A stretch of 64,000 nt of DNA, taken from positions 1-64,000 of the forward strand of contig CAWGJT010000007.1 of assembly GCA_963822965.1 (NCBI GenBank), given 5' to 3'. Under the pieces are notes generated by a model. It was not told the DNA's origin. It ran no database searches and saw only the letters and a program-made list of their open reading frames with translations. The position numbers were made by a program, and so were the translations under genes. This document shows positions 47,698 to 57,736 of the stretch, one piece after another. Position 1 is the stretch's first letter; each line of letters starts with the position of its first letter. This stretch comes from an uncultured delta proteobacterium (GTDB lineage: Bacteria; Myxococcota_A; UBA9160; UBA4427).

Positions 47698-49635
47698 ATG
47701 ATGGCCTCGGAGACGATGAGTCCGGAGCCCCGCAGGGCGGCATGGTCGGCGGATGCGGGATGGCTCTCGCGGGTGGGGCCCTGGACGGACGACCGTCCCG
47801 ATCCCGCGCATTGGCTCCCGACGATGGGTCTCGAGAGCGCGCTTCAGAAGGTCAAGAAGGCGCTGCGCGCGGGGTTCGATCCGATCGTCGTATCCGGCCC
47901 CGCAGGCCACGGGAAGACGCTGTTGTTGCGCTCCCTGCGGACCCGACCGCCGGGCGGTCTCGCGCCGATCTTCGTTCCCTTTTCGAACGTCGGGCCCGAC
48001 GAGCTCGCGGCTTGGATTCTCGAGGCGGCCCGCCAGCCTCTCGATCGAGCCCCCGCCGCTCGCTTGGTGCGCCTGCTGCGAGCCAATGCGCGGTTCAGCG
48101 GGGGCGCGCTGCTGTTGATGGACGAGGTGCAGGCGACGCCGTACGCGACGCTCTCGAAGCTGTTCGAAATCATCGGCGAGTCGGATGGAGCGGTTTCGGT
48201 GGTTCTGGCGGGTCTTCCAGGCGAGGCGCTGGATCTGGCGCTCACGGCCGTTCCGTACCCGATTCGGGAGGTCGAGGTCTCCGAGCCGTGGAGCCGAGCT
48301 GATGTGGTGCTGCTCCTCACCCAGGTCGCGCGCGCGCTGCGGGTCGCCCCGTCCGGTTTGATCGCAGCGATCGACGTGGACGCCGCACTCAGCGACGGCG
48401 CGGGAAATCCGCGACTCGTGCGCGCCGCGCTCGCGGCGCGGCTCCACGCCGCCGAGCTTGCCCGCGAACGCATCCCGCGCGTCGTCCCGTTCGCACGCGC
48501 GCAGCCGCCCGCGCGCCTCGCGGCGCCCGCGCCCCTCGACTGCACGCCTCGGGGCACTGCGACTCCGATCCCGTCGGCGCAGGTTCCGGCGGCGGCGCGG
48601 TCCCAGCGGACCCCGTCGCCGGTACGTCGCGAGCAGCGAGCCAGGGCGGCCCTCCCCGCGAGATCGCGGGCCTGGCGAACGAAGCGCGGTCGGGAGTGGA
48701 TCGCGGCGTCGTGGCGACGCGCCATGCAGGTGTTCGTGCCCGCGAGCATCCGCCTCCGGCGGAGCACGGCAAAGCGAGCGCGTGGCGTGCGAGCCTGGCT
48801 CGACGGTGCGGCATGGCGCGCGCACGTTGCGTCGCAGCGAGCCGCTCGCTCGATTCGGACGCATGGGCATCGAATGGACATCGCGGCCCGAGCGCGCACG
48901 AGCGCGGTGTCGGCCCGACTTCGATCTCGCGCGCTCGCTCACGGCGAAACCATCTGGAGGCGTGCCAGAGGTCGTGCCCGTCAGGCGCGCGCGATCCCTG
49001 GCGCGATCGCGGCGCTGGCCGCGCGAATCGACCGCAACGAGGAATGGAAGCGAGCCAAGAGCTCGATTCGAACGCATGGGCATCGAATGGGCATTGCGGC
49101 CCGTGTTCGTACGCGCGCGCTGTCGGCCGAATTTCGATCTCGCTCGCTCGGCTGCGGAAGGGCCGTATGGAAGGCGGCCAGAGAGTGGGTCCGGCAGGTC
49201 CAGGCGACGGCTGCCAGCGCTCGCCTCACTCTGGGTCAGGGCGTTCTTCACAAGCTCACGGCCGCGGCGCAGCCTCTCCAACGTGGTGCGCGACTTCCGC
49301 CCGTCACCGCGCGTTCCGCACTCGCGATCGCCGGCGCCATCGCGGCGCTCGCCGTGCTCGTGGCCGACGGTCGAGCGCGGGCGCCCGTGCTCACGGAGGT
49401 GTCGCAAATGGGGAACGAGGCGGTCCTCGGGACGGCCGTCGAGCCGATTCCGTTTCGCATGAACTCGCACCCGTGGTCGACCGTCGCGATCGACGGCGTC
49501 GAGGCGGGCACCACCCCATTCACGATCCCACTCGAGCCCGGTCCCCACCACTTCCGAGTCGCGATGGCCGACGGCCGCATCCTGGAGCAGATCTTCGTCG
49601 TCTCGACGCTGCAGGACCGCCTGGCGTTCCGCTAG
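47698..49635 (+). CDS. ExeA-like AAA ATPase with Arg-rich repeat linker, TM helix and PEGA-like C-terminal domain
   Basis: Walker A GPAGHGKT, Walker B LLLMDEVQ, GNPRLV; NSHPWSTVAIDGVEAGTTP..LEPGPH. Confidence 0.65.
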   Translation: MMASETMSPEPRRAAWSADAGWLSRVGPWTDDRPDPAHWLPTMGLESALQKVKKALRAGFDPIVVSGPAGHGKTLLLRSLRTRPPGGLAPIFVPFSNVGPDELAAWILEAARQPLDRAPAARLVRLLRANARFSGGALLLMDEVQATPYATLSKLFEIIGESDGAVSVVLAGLPGEALDLALTAVPYPIREVEVSEPWSRADVVLLLTQVARALRVAPSGLIAAIDVDAALSDGAGNPRLVRAALAARLHAAELARERIPRVVPFARAQPPARLAAPAPLDCTPRGTATPIPSAQVPAAARSQRTPSPVRREQRARAALPARSRAWRTKRGREWIAASWRRAMQVFVPASIRLRRSTAKRARGVRAWLDGAAWRAHVASQRAARSIRTHGHRMDIAARARTSAVSARLRSRALAHGETIWRRARGRARQARAIPGAIAALAARIDRNEEWKRAKSSIRTHGHRMGIAARVRTRALSAEFRSRSLGCGRAVWKAAREWVRQVQATAASARLTLGQGVLHKLTAAAQPLQRGARLPPVTARSALAIAGAIAALAVLVADGRARAPVLTEVSQMGNEAVLGTAVEPIPFRMNSHPWSTVAIDGVEAGTTPFTIPLEPGPHHFRVAMADGRILEQIFVVSTLQDRLAFR

Positions 49636-49663
49636 ACGTTCCGGCCGGACCGGCCTCGCTGCG

Positions 49664-50413
49664 TCACTTCGCCGATGCGCTGCCGTAGAGCACGCCGAGC
49701 CGAGGCGAGAGCCAACCCGGGGGAGGCTCGAAGCCGGGGTCGAGCACGAGCACCCGTGCGAACTGCTCGCTCGCTCGTTGCTCTTCGCCGAGACCCGCCA
49801 GCGCGCTGCCGGCGACGAAGGCAGCGCGCGCGCGCAGCTCGTTCCCGTCGGATTCCCGCTCCAGCAGCGACTCGGCCTCTTGCGAACGCTCCAGCGCGCG
49901 CTCGAAGCGGGCGTCCAGGTAGTCCTCTTCTGCTTCGATCATCAGCGCCGCGGCTCGCGTCGGCTCAGCCGGATTCTCGCTGGCAAACGGTGGCCGAGAC
50001 GCGACGACGGCCGATGGGGGGAGCCGCAGGCGCTGACCGACCGCGATCCGGTCCGGATCGAGGATGCGATTCAGCTGGCAGATCGCAGCGAGCCCTACGC
50101 GGTAGCGACTTGCGATCTCGCTCAGTGTCTCGCCCGCGCGCACGGTGTGGACGACCTGCTCGCCGCCGGAATGGAGCGGCTGCTCGTCGAGCCCGTTCCC
50201 ATCGGCGCGAGGGAGCCCGTGGCTGGGACCGAGCGAGGTCTCGTTCGAGCGCACCGGGTGTGTCGACGCGGTCACACAGCCCGCGAACACGAGCAGCGCG
50301 ACGGCGAGGAGAGCCACGCCGGGCCGGCGATCCCTCCACTCCAGCCTCTCGGCGCGCGCGGCCGGCGTGAACGGCTCGCCGTCGATCCCGGAGCGTTTCC
50401 CCTGGCGGGCCAT
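49664..50413 (-). CDS. LysM-domain lipoprotein with TPR-like C-terminus
   Basis: Lipobox FAGC; HTVRAGETLSEIASRY..LNRILDPDRIAVGQRLRLP. Confidence 0.82.
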   Translation of the reverse strand: MARQGKRSGIDGEPFTPAARAERLEWRDRRPGVALLAVALLVFAGCVTASTHPVRSNETSLGPSHGLPRADGNGLDEQPLHSGGEQVVHTVRAGETLSEIASRYRVGLAAICQLNRILDPDRIAVGQRLRLPPSAVVASRPPFASENPAEPTRAAALMIEAEEDYLDARFERALERSQEAESLLERESDGNELRARAAFVAGSALAGLGEEQRASEQFARVLVLDPGFEPPPGWLSPRLGVLYGSASAK

Positions 50414-50436
50414 GTGGAATCCTCCCCAAGCAGCGC

Positions 50437-51045
50437 CTAGGCGGCCTTTTCTGTCGGCGTGTCGAGGAACTGGCCGAGCTCCGGGATCCGATCGAGCAGG
50501 GCGCAGCGGCTGCGGTGCAAACTGACCTTGACCGCCCCATCGGATTTGCCGACCCGCCTTGCGATCTGGCGGATCGAATCGCTCTCGCGATAGCGAAGGT
50601 GGAAGATCCTCTGGTGCGCCGGTCGTTGCGTTTTCGAAAGGATCTCCTCGCAGCGGCGCAGCGCACGCACGGCATCGATTCGACGCTCGGTCCCGGCTTC
50701 CAAGGGGATGTCATCCTGCATCCTCGATGCGAGCGGCGACTCGCGCCTGCGCGTGCAGGTGCGGTAGTGGTACGACACCACGTTGTGCGCGATCCCGAGA
50801 ATCCAGCACGACAGGCTCGACCGGCCGCCAAAGCTCTTCAGTGACCTGTGGACCTGCAAGAAGACCTCCTGGGAGAGGTCCTCGGCCAGCGACGGGTCGC
50901 CCACCCGCTTCAGCGTATACGCGTACACGCTGGTCGAGTAGAGCCTGTAAAGGGCGCTGAATCCGGCTTCATCGCCGCTCAGCGCCGCGTCGAGGATTCC
51001 TCGCTCACGAGCCGGGTCGACCGGATTGGCGCGCGCGCTCCGCAT
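50437..51045 (-). CDS. ECF sigma-70 factor
   Basis: GFSALY..AEDLSQEVF..W ILGIAHN; region 4 SIRQIARRVGKSDGAVKVSLHRSR. Confidence 0.9.
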   Translation of the reverse strand: MRSARANPVDPARERGILDAALSGDEAGFSALYRLYSTSVYAYTLKRVGDPSLAEDLSQEVFLQVHRSLKSFGGRSSLSCWILGIAHNVVSYHYRTCTRRRESPLASRMQDDIPLEAGTERRIDAVRALRRCEEILSKTQRPAHQRIFHLRYRESDSIRQIARRVGKSDGAVKVSLHRSRCALLDRIPELGQFLDTPTEKAA

Positions 51046-51290
51046 CTCTCACCTCCTTCTTCGACCCAGCCGGACGGTACGTCCAGGGGGTTGCAGCTCG
51101 GAGATCTGCCGTCGGATGCTCGCGTGTCGGCAGCGTATGTGTATCCCCGCTTCCAGGGATATTCCGTTCCTGAAGTGTCGATTTGCGTACTGACTCCACG
51201 TCCACGGAACGGTCGGGTTTCGGTGCCGCGGGAATGGCTGCGGCCGATCGGCGGAGCCCCGGCCGCACAGGCGCTAGCCTCTGCGAAGGC

Positions 51291-52562
51291 ATGACCAGGA
51301 CATCGACGGAGTGGTTCCGGACGCGGCGCCGGTGGGTTCGCTGGGCACTCGGGACGTGCGCGGTGCTCGCCGTGATCGGCGCTGCCACATGGTTCGCAAC
51401 GCCGTGGTACGTCCGCACCAGGGTCCTGCCGCGTCTGTGGGCGCAATATGGTTTGACGGTGACGGCCGAGCGCGAGGACTTGTCCATCGTCGAGGGCGCT
51501 GCAGAGCTTCACGGCGCGCGGGTCTTCGACGGCGAAGAGGAGATTCTGACCGCCAAGCGCATCAAGGTGCGCGTCTCGCTTCGCGGGCTCTACGAGGGAC
51601 GCACCGTCTTCGAAGGCATCGTTCTCGACGATCCAGTACTCCACCTGCGCCTCGGAGCCGATGGGCGCACGAACGTCGGAAAGATCCTCGCGCGGACGAG
51701 TGGCAGCGAGGCGGCGCCGCGGCCGGCGACCCTGTGGAAAGAGGTCGTCGTACACGGGGGCACGCTCGAGTGGAACGATCCCACGCGCGGAGTGTCGATC
51801 CACATCCTCGACGTCGAGGCCACTGTCCTCGACATGCAGACGGGCAGTGGAGAGCGGTCGGACCTGCTCGGGCAGATCACCGTCGATGCGAAGCTCGAGC
51901 AGCCCGGTTGCGAGCCCGCACTGCTGTCGATCGTCCACTGGACGACGTCCTCCGGGAACGCGGGGCCCAGCTTCGTCGCCCACGCCGCCCTGACCGGAAT
52001 CGACCTCGACTCCTTTCCCATCTACGCCGACGCAATCCAGCGAGCCAGTCTGGCTGTGGACCACCTCGACCTGGTCGTCTCGATGGACGTTCGCGATGGG
52101 GTCATCCGCCGTGGCGCAGCGATTGCGGTATCTCCCGAGCGCAAGAGGCCTCTCACGCTGCTCTTCGGGGGTCCGTTGGGCGATCCCGTGTTCGATCGCT
52201 CGAGCAAGCTCGTGGCGCTCTGGGAGCTTCCTTTCGCGCGGCTCGGTCGTGTCGGCGATGTCGTCTGGGAGACAGGGGGCGGGGTCGTTGGAGGGGTCAT
52301 CGGTATCATCGATGGCGTCGTTCACGGCGACCTGCTCGGCGCGGGGAGGTCGGCGGTCGAGGGCGTGGGCGGCGGCGTTCTGGCGCTCGGTAGCAACGCG
52401 CTCGATGCGCTCGAGGACCTCGGCCGCGCACTGGGACTCGTCGCGCAAGCGAAAGCACACGATACCGTGTCGATTCACGAGCGCTATCGAGCACAGTTCC
52501 TCGCCGCGCGCGCCGAAGCCACTCGAGCATGGTCCCGAGGACACTCCGAACCGGGCGCCTAG
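51291..52562 (+). CDS. AsmA/DUF748-like protein
   Basis: N-terminal TM anchor; ILTAKRIKVRVSLRGL..GIVLDDPVLHLRLGADGRTNV. Confidence 0.7.
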   Translation: MTRTSTEWFRTRRRWVRWALGTCAVLAVIGAATWFATPWYVRTRVLPRLWAQYGLTVTAEREDLSIVEGAAELHGARVFDGEEEILTAKRIKVRVSLRGLYEGRTVFEGIVLDDPVLHLRLGADGRTNVGKILARTSGSEAAPRPATLWKEVVVHGGTLEWNDPTRGVSIHILDVEATVLDMQTGSGERSDLLGQITVDAKLEQPGCEPALLSIVHWTTSSGNAGPSFVAHAALTGIDLDSFPIYADAIQRASLAVDHLDLVVSMDVRDGVIRRGAAIAVSPERKRPLTLLFGGPLGDPVFDRSSKLVALWELPFARLGRVGDVVWETGGGVVGGVIGIIDGVVHGDLLGAGRSAVEGVGGGVLALGSNALDALEDLGRALGLVAQAKAHDTVSIHERYRAQFLAARAEATRAWSRGHSEPGA

Positions 52563-52724
52563 AGGTCCGGCCGGAAAGCGCGACCTTGCATTCGAGCGCC
52601 CCCGCGGCGCCCTGGCTGCGTTCCGCTCCCGTCGCCGTAGCTTCGGCTACGCCTCGGTCGCGCGCCTTGCCAGGACGCCGCGGATGACGCTCTCGGTGCC
52701 GCGGTACACTTTCCGCCCGGGCCT
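52563..52724. mobile_element. 162-bp MITE flanked by CTAG
   Basis: IR AGGTCCGGCCGGAAAG / CTTTCCGCCCGGGCCT (14/16); CTAG at 52559 and 52725; core resembles the reverse complement of the 38911 MITE core. Confidence 0.8.
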
Positions 52725-52728
52725 CTAG

Positions 52729-52880
52729 CCCTGATCCGTCGTACGGATCCGGGCGCCTCGCCTCGCCATGCTCGTTCTGCCGAGCTTCGAGCAGAACATT
52801 CACCCTCCTGACGCTCGAATCCATGCCTTCGGAGCCCGATCTACTGGGATCTGGGAATATTCGGGCTCTTCCCTACCAGG
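52729..52880. mobile_element. Second CTAG-bounded MITE-like element in tandem
   Basis: Starts CCCTGATCCGTC as at 20887; ends CCAGG before CTAG at 52881. Confidence 0.5.
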
Positions 52881-53031
52881 CTAGGGTGAGTTCCGACCTG
52901 GAGGCCCGAGGGGACCGCTTCCTTCGAGTCGCCGCGGGCGGAGTTCCGCACCCCCGGTCGCTTGTTCTTGCGCACGCTCGAAATCGATCGAGCAGGAACC
53001 GCTCGCCCATCGGGTCGAGCAAGGAGAGCAC

Positions 53032-53353
53032 ATGAAGAGGATTGGGGCTGCGAGCGCGCTCTTGATCGGCGTCATCAGCGTCTCGGGGTGCATGATCGTC
53101 GATACGCCGGTCATGGGCGTGCTGGGTAGCCGGGTCCGATGGGGCGAGTTCGCCCAGGGAGACGACAAGGCCCGGTCAGAAAGAGGGAAAGGCCTGCATG
53201 GGAACCATTCTGGGCCTGATCGCCAAGGGTGATGCCAGCGTCAGGGCCGCGAAGATCGACGGAGGAATCACCGAGGTCTCCGTCGTCGATCACTCCGCAA
53301 GGAACTTTCTGAACATCGTGGGGGAGTACTGCACGGTGGTCAGAGGAACCTGA
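53032..53353 (+). CDS. TRL-like family lipoprotein (frameshift near 53172)
   Basis: Lipobox VSGC; continuation KEGKACMGTILGLIAKGDASVRAAKIDGGITEVSVVDH..YCTVVRG. Confidence 0.8.
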
Positions 53354-53398
53354 CCGTCCGTGCCCGCGGCGGGGTCGCTGGACCCCATCACGCCCCCA

Positions 53399-54191
53399 TC
53401 ACGCCATGGAGCGGCGCCCGCTGCCTTTCCGGCAGACCAGCAGGATTTCGTCGACGCCATCGCAGGCGATCATGCCGGACCGGAGCGCGAGCTTCTTCTG
53501 GAAGCGGACGCCTAGAGGCATCAGCACCCGGTTGTACCACCACATCGCCTTCTCCCGCCGGTGCAGCAGAAACCACATCCCGAGATCGACCAGGTGCGAC
53601 GATCTCGGCTGCATCCCGTAGGCGGCACTCCGCTCCACCGAGAAGTCGTGCTCCGCGAGCTTGTCGAGCAAGCTGCTCCGGCTCGTAGCGGCGCTGGTGA
53701 CCGACCAACTCGTCGAACGCATTCCAACGCGACGGGTGGAGGGGCACCGAGAGAAGCAGCGCCGCTCCCGGCGCGGCCACGCGAGACAGCTCCGCCAGCG
53801 CTCCATCCCCGTCGTCGACGTGTTCGACGATGTCGAGGGCGCACACGAGCTCGAAGGCGCCATCGGGAAAGGGAATCGACGTCACGAGGCCGAGGACGGC
53901 GTTCGCGCCGCGCTGTCGTAGCTTCACGAGCGCCGGCGCACTGACGTCGACGAAGTGCGTGCCTTCGATCGGAAGGCGTGGTCTCAGCCCCGGGCCGACT
54001 TCGAGCCGGCGCTGTCCCTGCGCGGCGATGGACCCCACCAGCGGCCACGTGTTGAAGCGCTCCGGCTCGACCAGCCGCGCGTCCCTCCACAGCGCATCAT
54101 AGAACCGACGGTTCGCGTTCAGGTCTTCCGGAGCGGCTCCCTCCCGCGGCGCCCTTTCTTCGTCAGCCCGTGCGGACGCAAGGCTTGCCAT
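53399..54191 (-). CDS. Class I SAM-dependent methyltransferase (frameshift near 53671)
   Basis: LEVGPG, IPFPDGAFELVCALDIVEH, LLLSVP, VGHQRRY. Confidence 0.82.
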
Positions 54192-55000
54192 CAGCGTGCC
54201 GCAGGCTCAGCAGTTCGGACACCGTCACGCATTGCAGCCCTTCTTCGCGTAGGCCTCGCAGGATCGTCGGTACGGCCTGCGCGCAAGCGGGTCGATGTTG
54301 CCCGGGCCGGTCGTGTCCGTCGTGCATCAGCACGATGTCTCCCGGCCGGATCCTCTTCAGCACGGATCTGCGCGATCCGCTTCGGATCGGCGCTGTGCGT
54401 GTCATGGCTGTGCAGCGACCAGGCCACCAGGGTCAGCTCGCGCCGAGATGCGACCCGCGCCAGCTGCGGGCTCTTGAGGCCGATCGGAGGCCGATACAGG
54501 GGCCTTGCCTGGCTTCCGGTCACCGCCGCGATCGCCTGCTCGCCGCGCTCGATCTCCCGGGTATGTCCGGCTGCGCCGAAGAAATTCTGCCAGCGCGAGT
54601 GTCTCCAGGAGTGATTTCCCAGCTCATGCCCTTCCGCAACCACGCGTCGAGCCAGCTGTGGATGCTTCTCGAGAGATCGGCCGATACTGAAGAAGGTCGC
54701 GGACGCCTCGTGCCGTGCCAGCGAGTCCAGAACTGCCGGTGTCACCTCGGGATCCGGTCCGTCGTCGAAAGTCAGCGCCACGCGTCTTCTGTCGCGCGGT
54801 CCCCGCGTCACGGTCGGGTAGAAGACCGTGGAGCCCGGTCGCGCGACGCCGTCGGCAAGCAGCGCGAGGAACCCTGCGGAAGGGATTCCCAGGGTGAATG
54901 CCGAGAACCCGTAAGCGCCCACGGCGCCGGCGGTCACGGCGGCGTAGGCGAAGGCCAGGGTCTCGGCGCGGGTGAAGGTCAGCAAGGCTGCGCCATCCAT
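54163..55000 (-). CDS. Polysaccharide deacetylase (frameshift near 54370)
   Basis: VALTFDDGP, ATFF, GHELGNHSWRH, YRPPIG / PGDIVLMHDG. Confidence 0.88.
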
Positions 55001-55021
55001 GCGCTCATGCGCCGGCTCGGC

Positions 55022-55768
55022 TCATGCCGACGTCCGCCATGCCGCCCGCCGTCGCAGGAGCCCCGGTGCGCGCGAGAGCATTCCGATCGCGAGGCGCGTG
55101 TAGAGCCACGTGAGTCGCAGGTCGTCCCAGATCACATCGAAGTGCGAGACTCCACCCGGGAAGTAGCGAACCCGTGTCGCCACGTTCAAAACGGGCACGC
55201 CCATCCAGACGAGCCGGACCGCCAGCTCGGGCTCGAAGTCCATCCGTCGGCCCATCGACACATGATCGATCAGGGATAGGACGGGCCCGAGCGGAACGCA
55301 TCGGAAGCCACACAGGGGGTCGCGCACGGCTCGCGAGAGGGTCGCGAGCCACACCAGGCCCACCGAGAGCTTTCGGCCGTAGAGGCGACTCCGCGGGACG
55401 TCGTCGCCGAAGATCGGCTGGCCGAGTACGAGCGAGTTGGGGTTGGCCTGCGCCTCGGCGACGAAGCGCCGCACATCGGTGGGGTCGTGCTGAGCATCGG
55501 CATCCAGCTGGATCGCGTGGGTGAAGCCGCGCTCTGCCGCCGCGCGGTAACCCGTCACGAGCGCCGCGCCCTTGCCCTGGTTGACCGCGTGGCAGCGGAT
55601 GTCGACCCACGCGAAGTCGCGGGCGATGCGATCGAGCGTCGCGCACGTGGTCGGGCCACTGCCATCGTTCACGATCAGGAGCGGGAGGTCTGCGCTTGCG
55701 AGCGACTCGACGACGCGAAGGATGGTCGAGCCGTGGTCGTAGATCGGGATGAGGAGACAGGGGTTCAT
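55022..55768 (-). CDS. Glycosyltransferase family 2
   Basis: LLIPIYDH, VNDGS, NQGKGAA, QLDADAQH, DPLCGFR, RMDFEPE..SHF; ORF may extend further upstream. Confidence 0.9.
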   Translation of the reverse strand: MNPCLLIPIYDHGSTILRVVESLASADLPLLIVNDGSGPTTCATLDRIARDFAWVDIRCHAVNQGKGAALVTGYRAAAERGFTHAIQLDADAQHDPTDVRRFVAEAQANPNSLVLGQPIFGDDVPRSRLYGRKLSVGLVWLATLSRAVRDPLCGFRCVPLGPVLSLIDHVSMGRRMDFEPELAVRLVWMGVPVLNVATRVRYFPGGVSHFDVIWDDLRLTWLYTRLAIGMLSRAPGLLRRRAAWRTSA

Positions 55769-56402
55769 GCGTCCCGTCCCGGTGTCCCGGGCGGCCATTC
55801 GAGTCTGGTTGAGTCCTTGTCGCCAGAGGGGAAGGCCTGGGCTCCGTACGCCCCGCGACGGCCGCGACGACGCTTCGAGCGATCGGCGCGAGCCTCGCCA
55901 GATCCCGCGAGCGCGACGCCCAGAGCCGACCGTCTGCGTCTGGATGGGGACCTGCACTTGGACGGCCTTCGCGAGGAAGATCGCGATCGAGCAGAGCAGA
56001 AGCGTGCAGAGCAGGACGAACATAGGACATCTCTCGTCCCCTTCAGCCTTCGGAGAAGGGCCAAGGAGATGCAGGAAGACCATTCTAAACCCACTGGAAG
56101 TGGTTGGATATCCCCGATTCCGTTGGGATCAGCCGGCCAGAAATGTGGATTCGCCGCCAGGGCGGGGACCTTCGATCCGGCTGGCCTCGAGGCAACGGGT
56201 ACTCGCGGCCAGCCAGCTTGCCAGCCCGCACCGCGTCAGCCCGATCCCGTTCCGCAGGGAGCCAGGGTGGGTCCCGCGGTCGAAAACACCTGTTTCGGGC
56301 GATGGCTTTTGCCCGGATCCGGGGATGGTCCAGCGAGCGCCCTCTCCGCCACCCTCCCACCCGGAAAGCCAAGGAGCTTCTCAGGAGTTCTCAGGAGTAG
56401 GA

Positions 56403-56918
56403 ATGATGAGAGAGACGACAGGACGCCGTGACCCCGTCTCGCCCCGGGCGCGCCCTCGGGCTCGATCCCGACTTCACGGAACGCGCATCCTGTATGTGGA
56501 TGACGAGGTCATGCTGCGGCGCGCAGTCACACGCGTGCTGCGCGGCGCGGGTGCGGTTGCCGTCTGCGCGGGTACGCACGACCAGGCCATCATGCTGCTC
56601 GCCTTCGAACCCCTGCTCGACCTGGCGATTCTCGACTTCCACATGCCCGACGGCGATGTGGGCAACCTGGTGCGCCGCTTGCTCATGCAGCGGCCGGACC
56701 TGACCGTGGTCGGGACGAGTGCGTTGGATCGGCGCTCCGAGTTCGCTGCGCGCGGGATCGACACTTTTCTCCCCAAGCCCTGGTCTCTCCACGACCTGCT
56801 TCTCGCCACAGGTTCGCGGCGCCGCCCGGCCGGCCTCCGTGAGCCGAAATTCCCAGACTCGCCTCGCTCAGTCCCGGCGTCCGGGGATGGGCTCCCCGCC
56901 GCAACCCGTCAGACCTGA
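56403..56918 (+). CDS. Single-domain response regulator (receiver)
   Basis: AGGAG RBS; ILYVDDE, DLAILDFHMPDG, FLPKPW. Confidence 0.85.
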   Translation: MMRETTGRRDPVSPRARPRARSRLHGTRILYVDDEVMLRRAVTRVLRGAGAVAVCAGTHDQAIMLLAFEPLLDLAILDFHMPDGDVGNLVRRLLMQRPDLTVVGTSALDRRSEFAARGIDTFLPKPWSLHDLLLATGSRRRPAGLREPKFPDSPRSVPASGDGLPAATRQT

Positions 56919-57050
56919 CTGTGGACGCAACCCAGGGAGGCGCGTCCGCGGATACTCGCTTCCAGCGGCCGAAGTCCCCGGATCCCCCGATGCCGGGACC
57001 GGCAATCGCAAGGTAGCTTTCGGACTCTTCGTCGAGGAGCACAGCCTCTC

Positions 57051-57242
57051 ATGCCGCTCGTCCAACTCGTCATCACGTTGATCGTGGTCGGAGTCCTTCT
57101 GTGGCTCGTCAACAGCTACGTGCCGATGGACTCGAAGATCAAGAGCATCCTGAACATCGTGGTGGTGATCGTCGTCGTGCTCTGGCTGCTGAGCGTCTTC
57201 GGCGTCCTTTCGGGGATCAGCGGGCTGCGGGTCGGGACGTAG
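57051..57242 (+). CDS. Thivi_2564-family small membrane protein
   Basis: MPLVQLVITLIVVGVLLWLVNSYVPMDSKIKSILNIVVVIVVVLWLL. Confidence 0.85.
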   Translation: MPLVQLVITLIVVGVLLWLVNSYVPMDSKIKSILNIVVVIVVVLWLLSVFGVLSGISGLRVGT

Positions 57243-57736
57243 GCAGCCGCCCTGTCGGACGACCGGATCCGTGGGGGGCGTGGTGCTCGTCATCTTGGTC
57301 GTACTGGATCTTTGCTGGGCCGACCGTAGACGCTCGCAACCGAACGACGGGCGTCGATGCAGACGAGGCGACGGACGCGCTTGGCGGACGCGTCGCGAAT
57401 GCCGGGCGAATCGCAGAGACGCGCGTCCGAGGGAATCCACGATCTCCGGTTTCCGAATCCATGGATCCAACGATTCCGGGCGCCTACCCGCTGCGGCTAT
57501 CGTTTTGTTCCCCGAACGAACGGAATACAACGCGGACGGAGCAAGAGATGCCCGTAGGTACATCTTGGATGTTCTCGCCTCATCGCTGGAAGTCGGATCT
57601 CGCGCCGCCCAGGCCCGGCTTGTCCTTCCAGTCGGCGATGCCGGTGCCGACGGAGCTCGGACTTCTCGGCGGCGAGCTTCTCTTCACGCAGGTCACGCAG
57701 GCGACCCGACGTCGCCGACGAATCTAGTCGACTGCC

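Noticed and set aside
57265..57335. Possible remnant of a small membrane protein (GGVVLVILVVL)
   Set aside because: Too short and low-complexity to support
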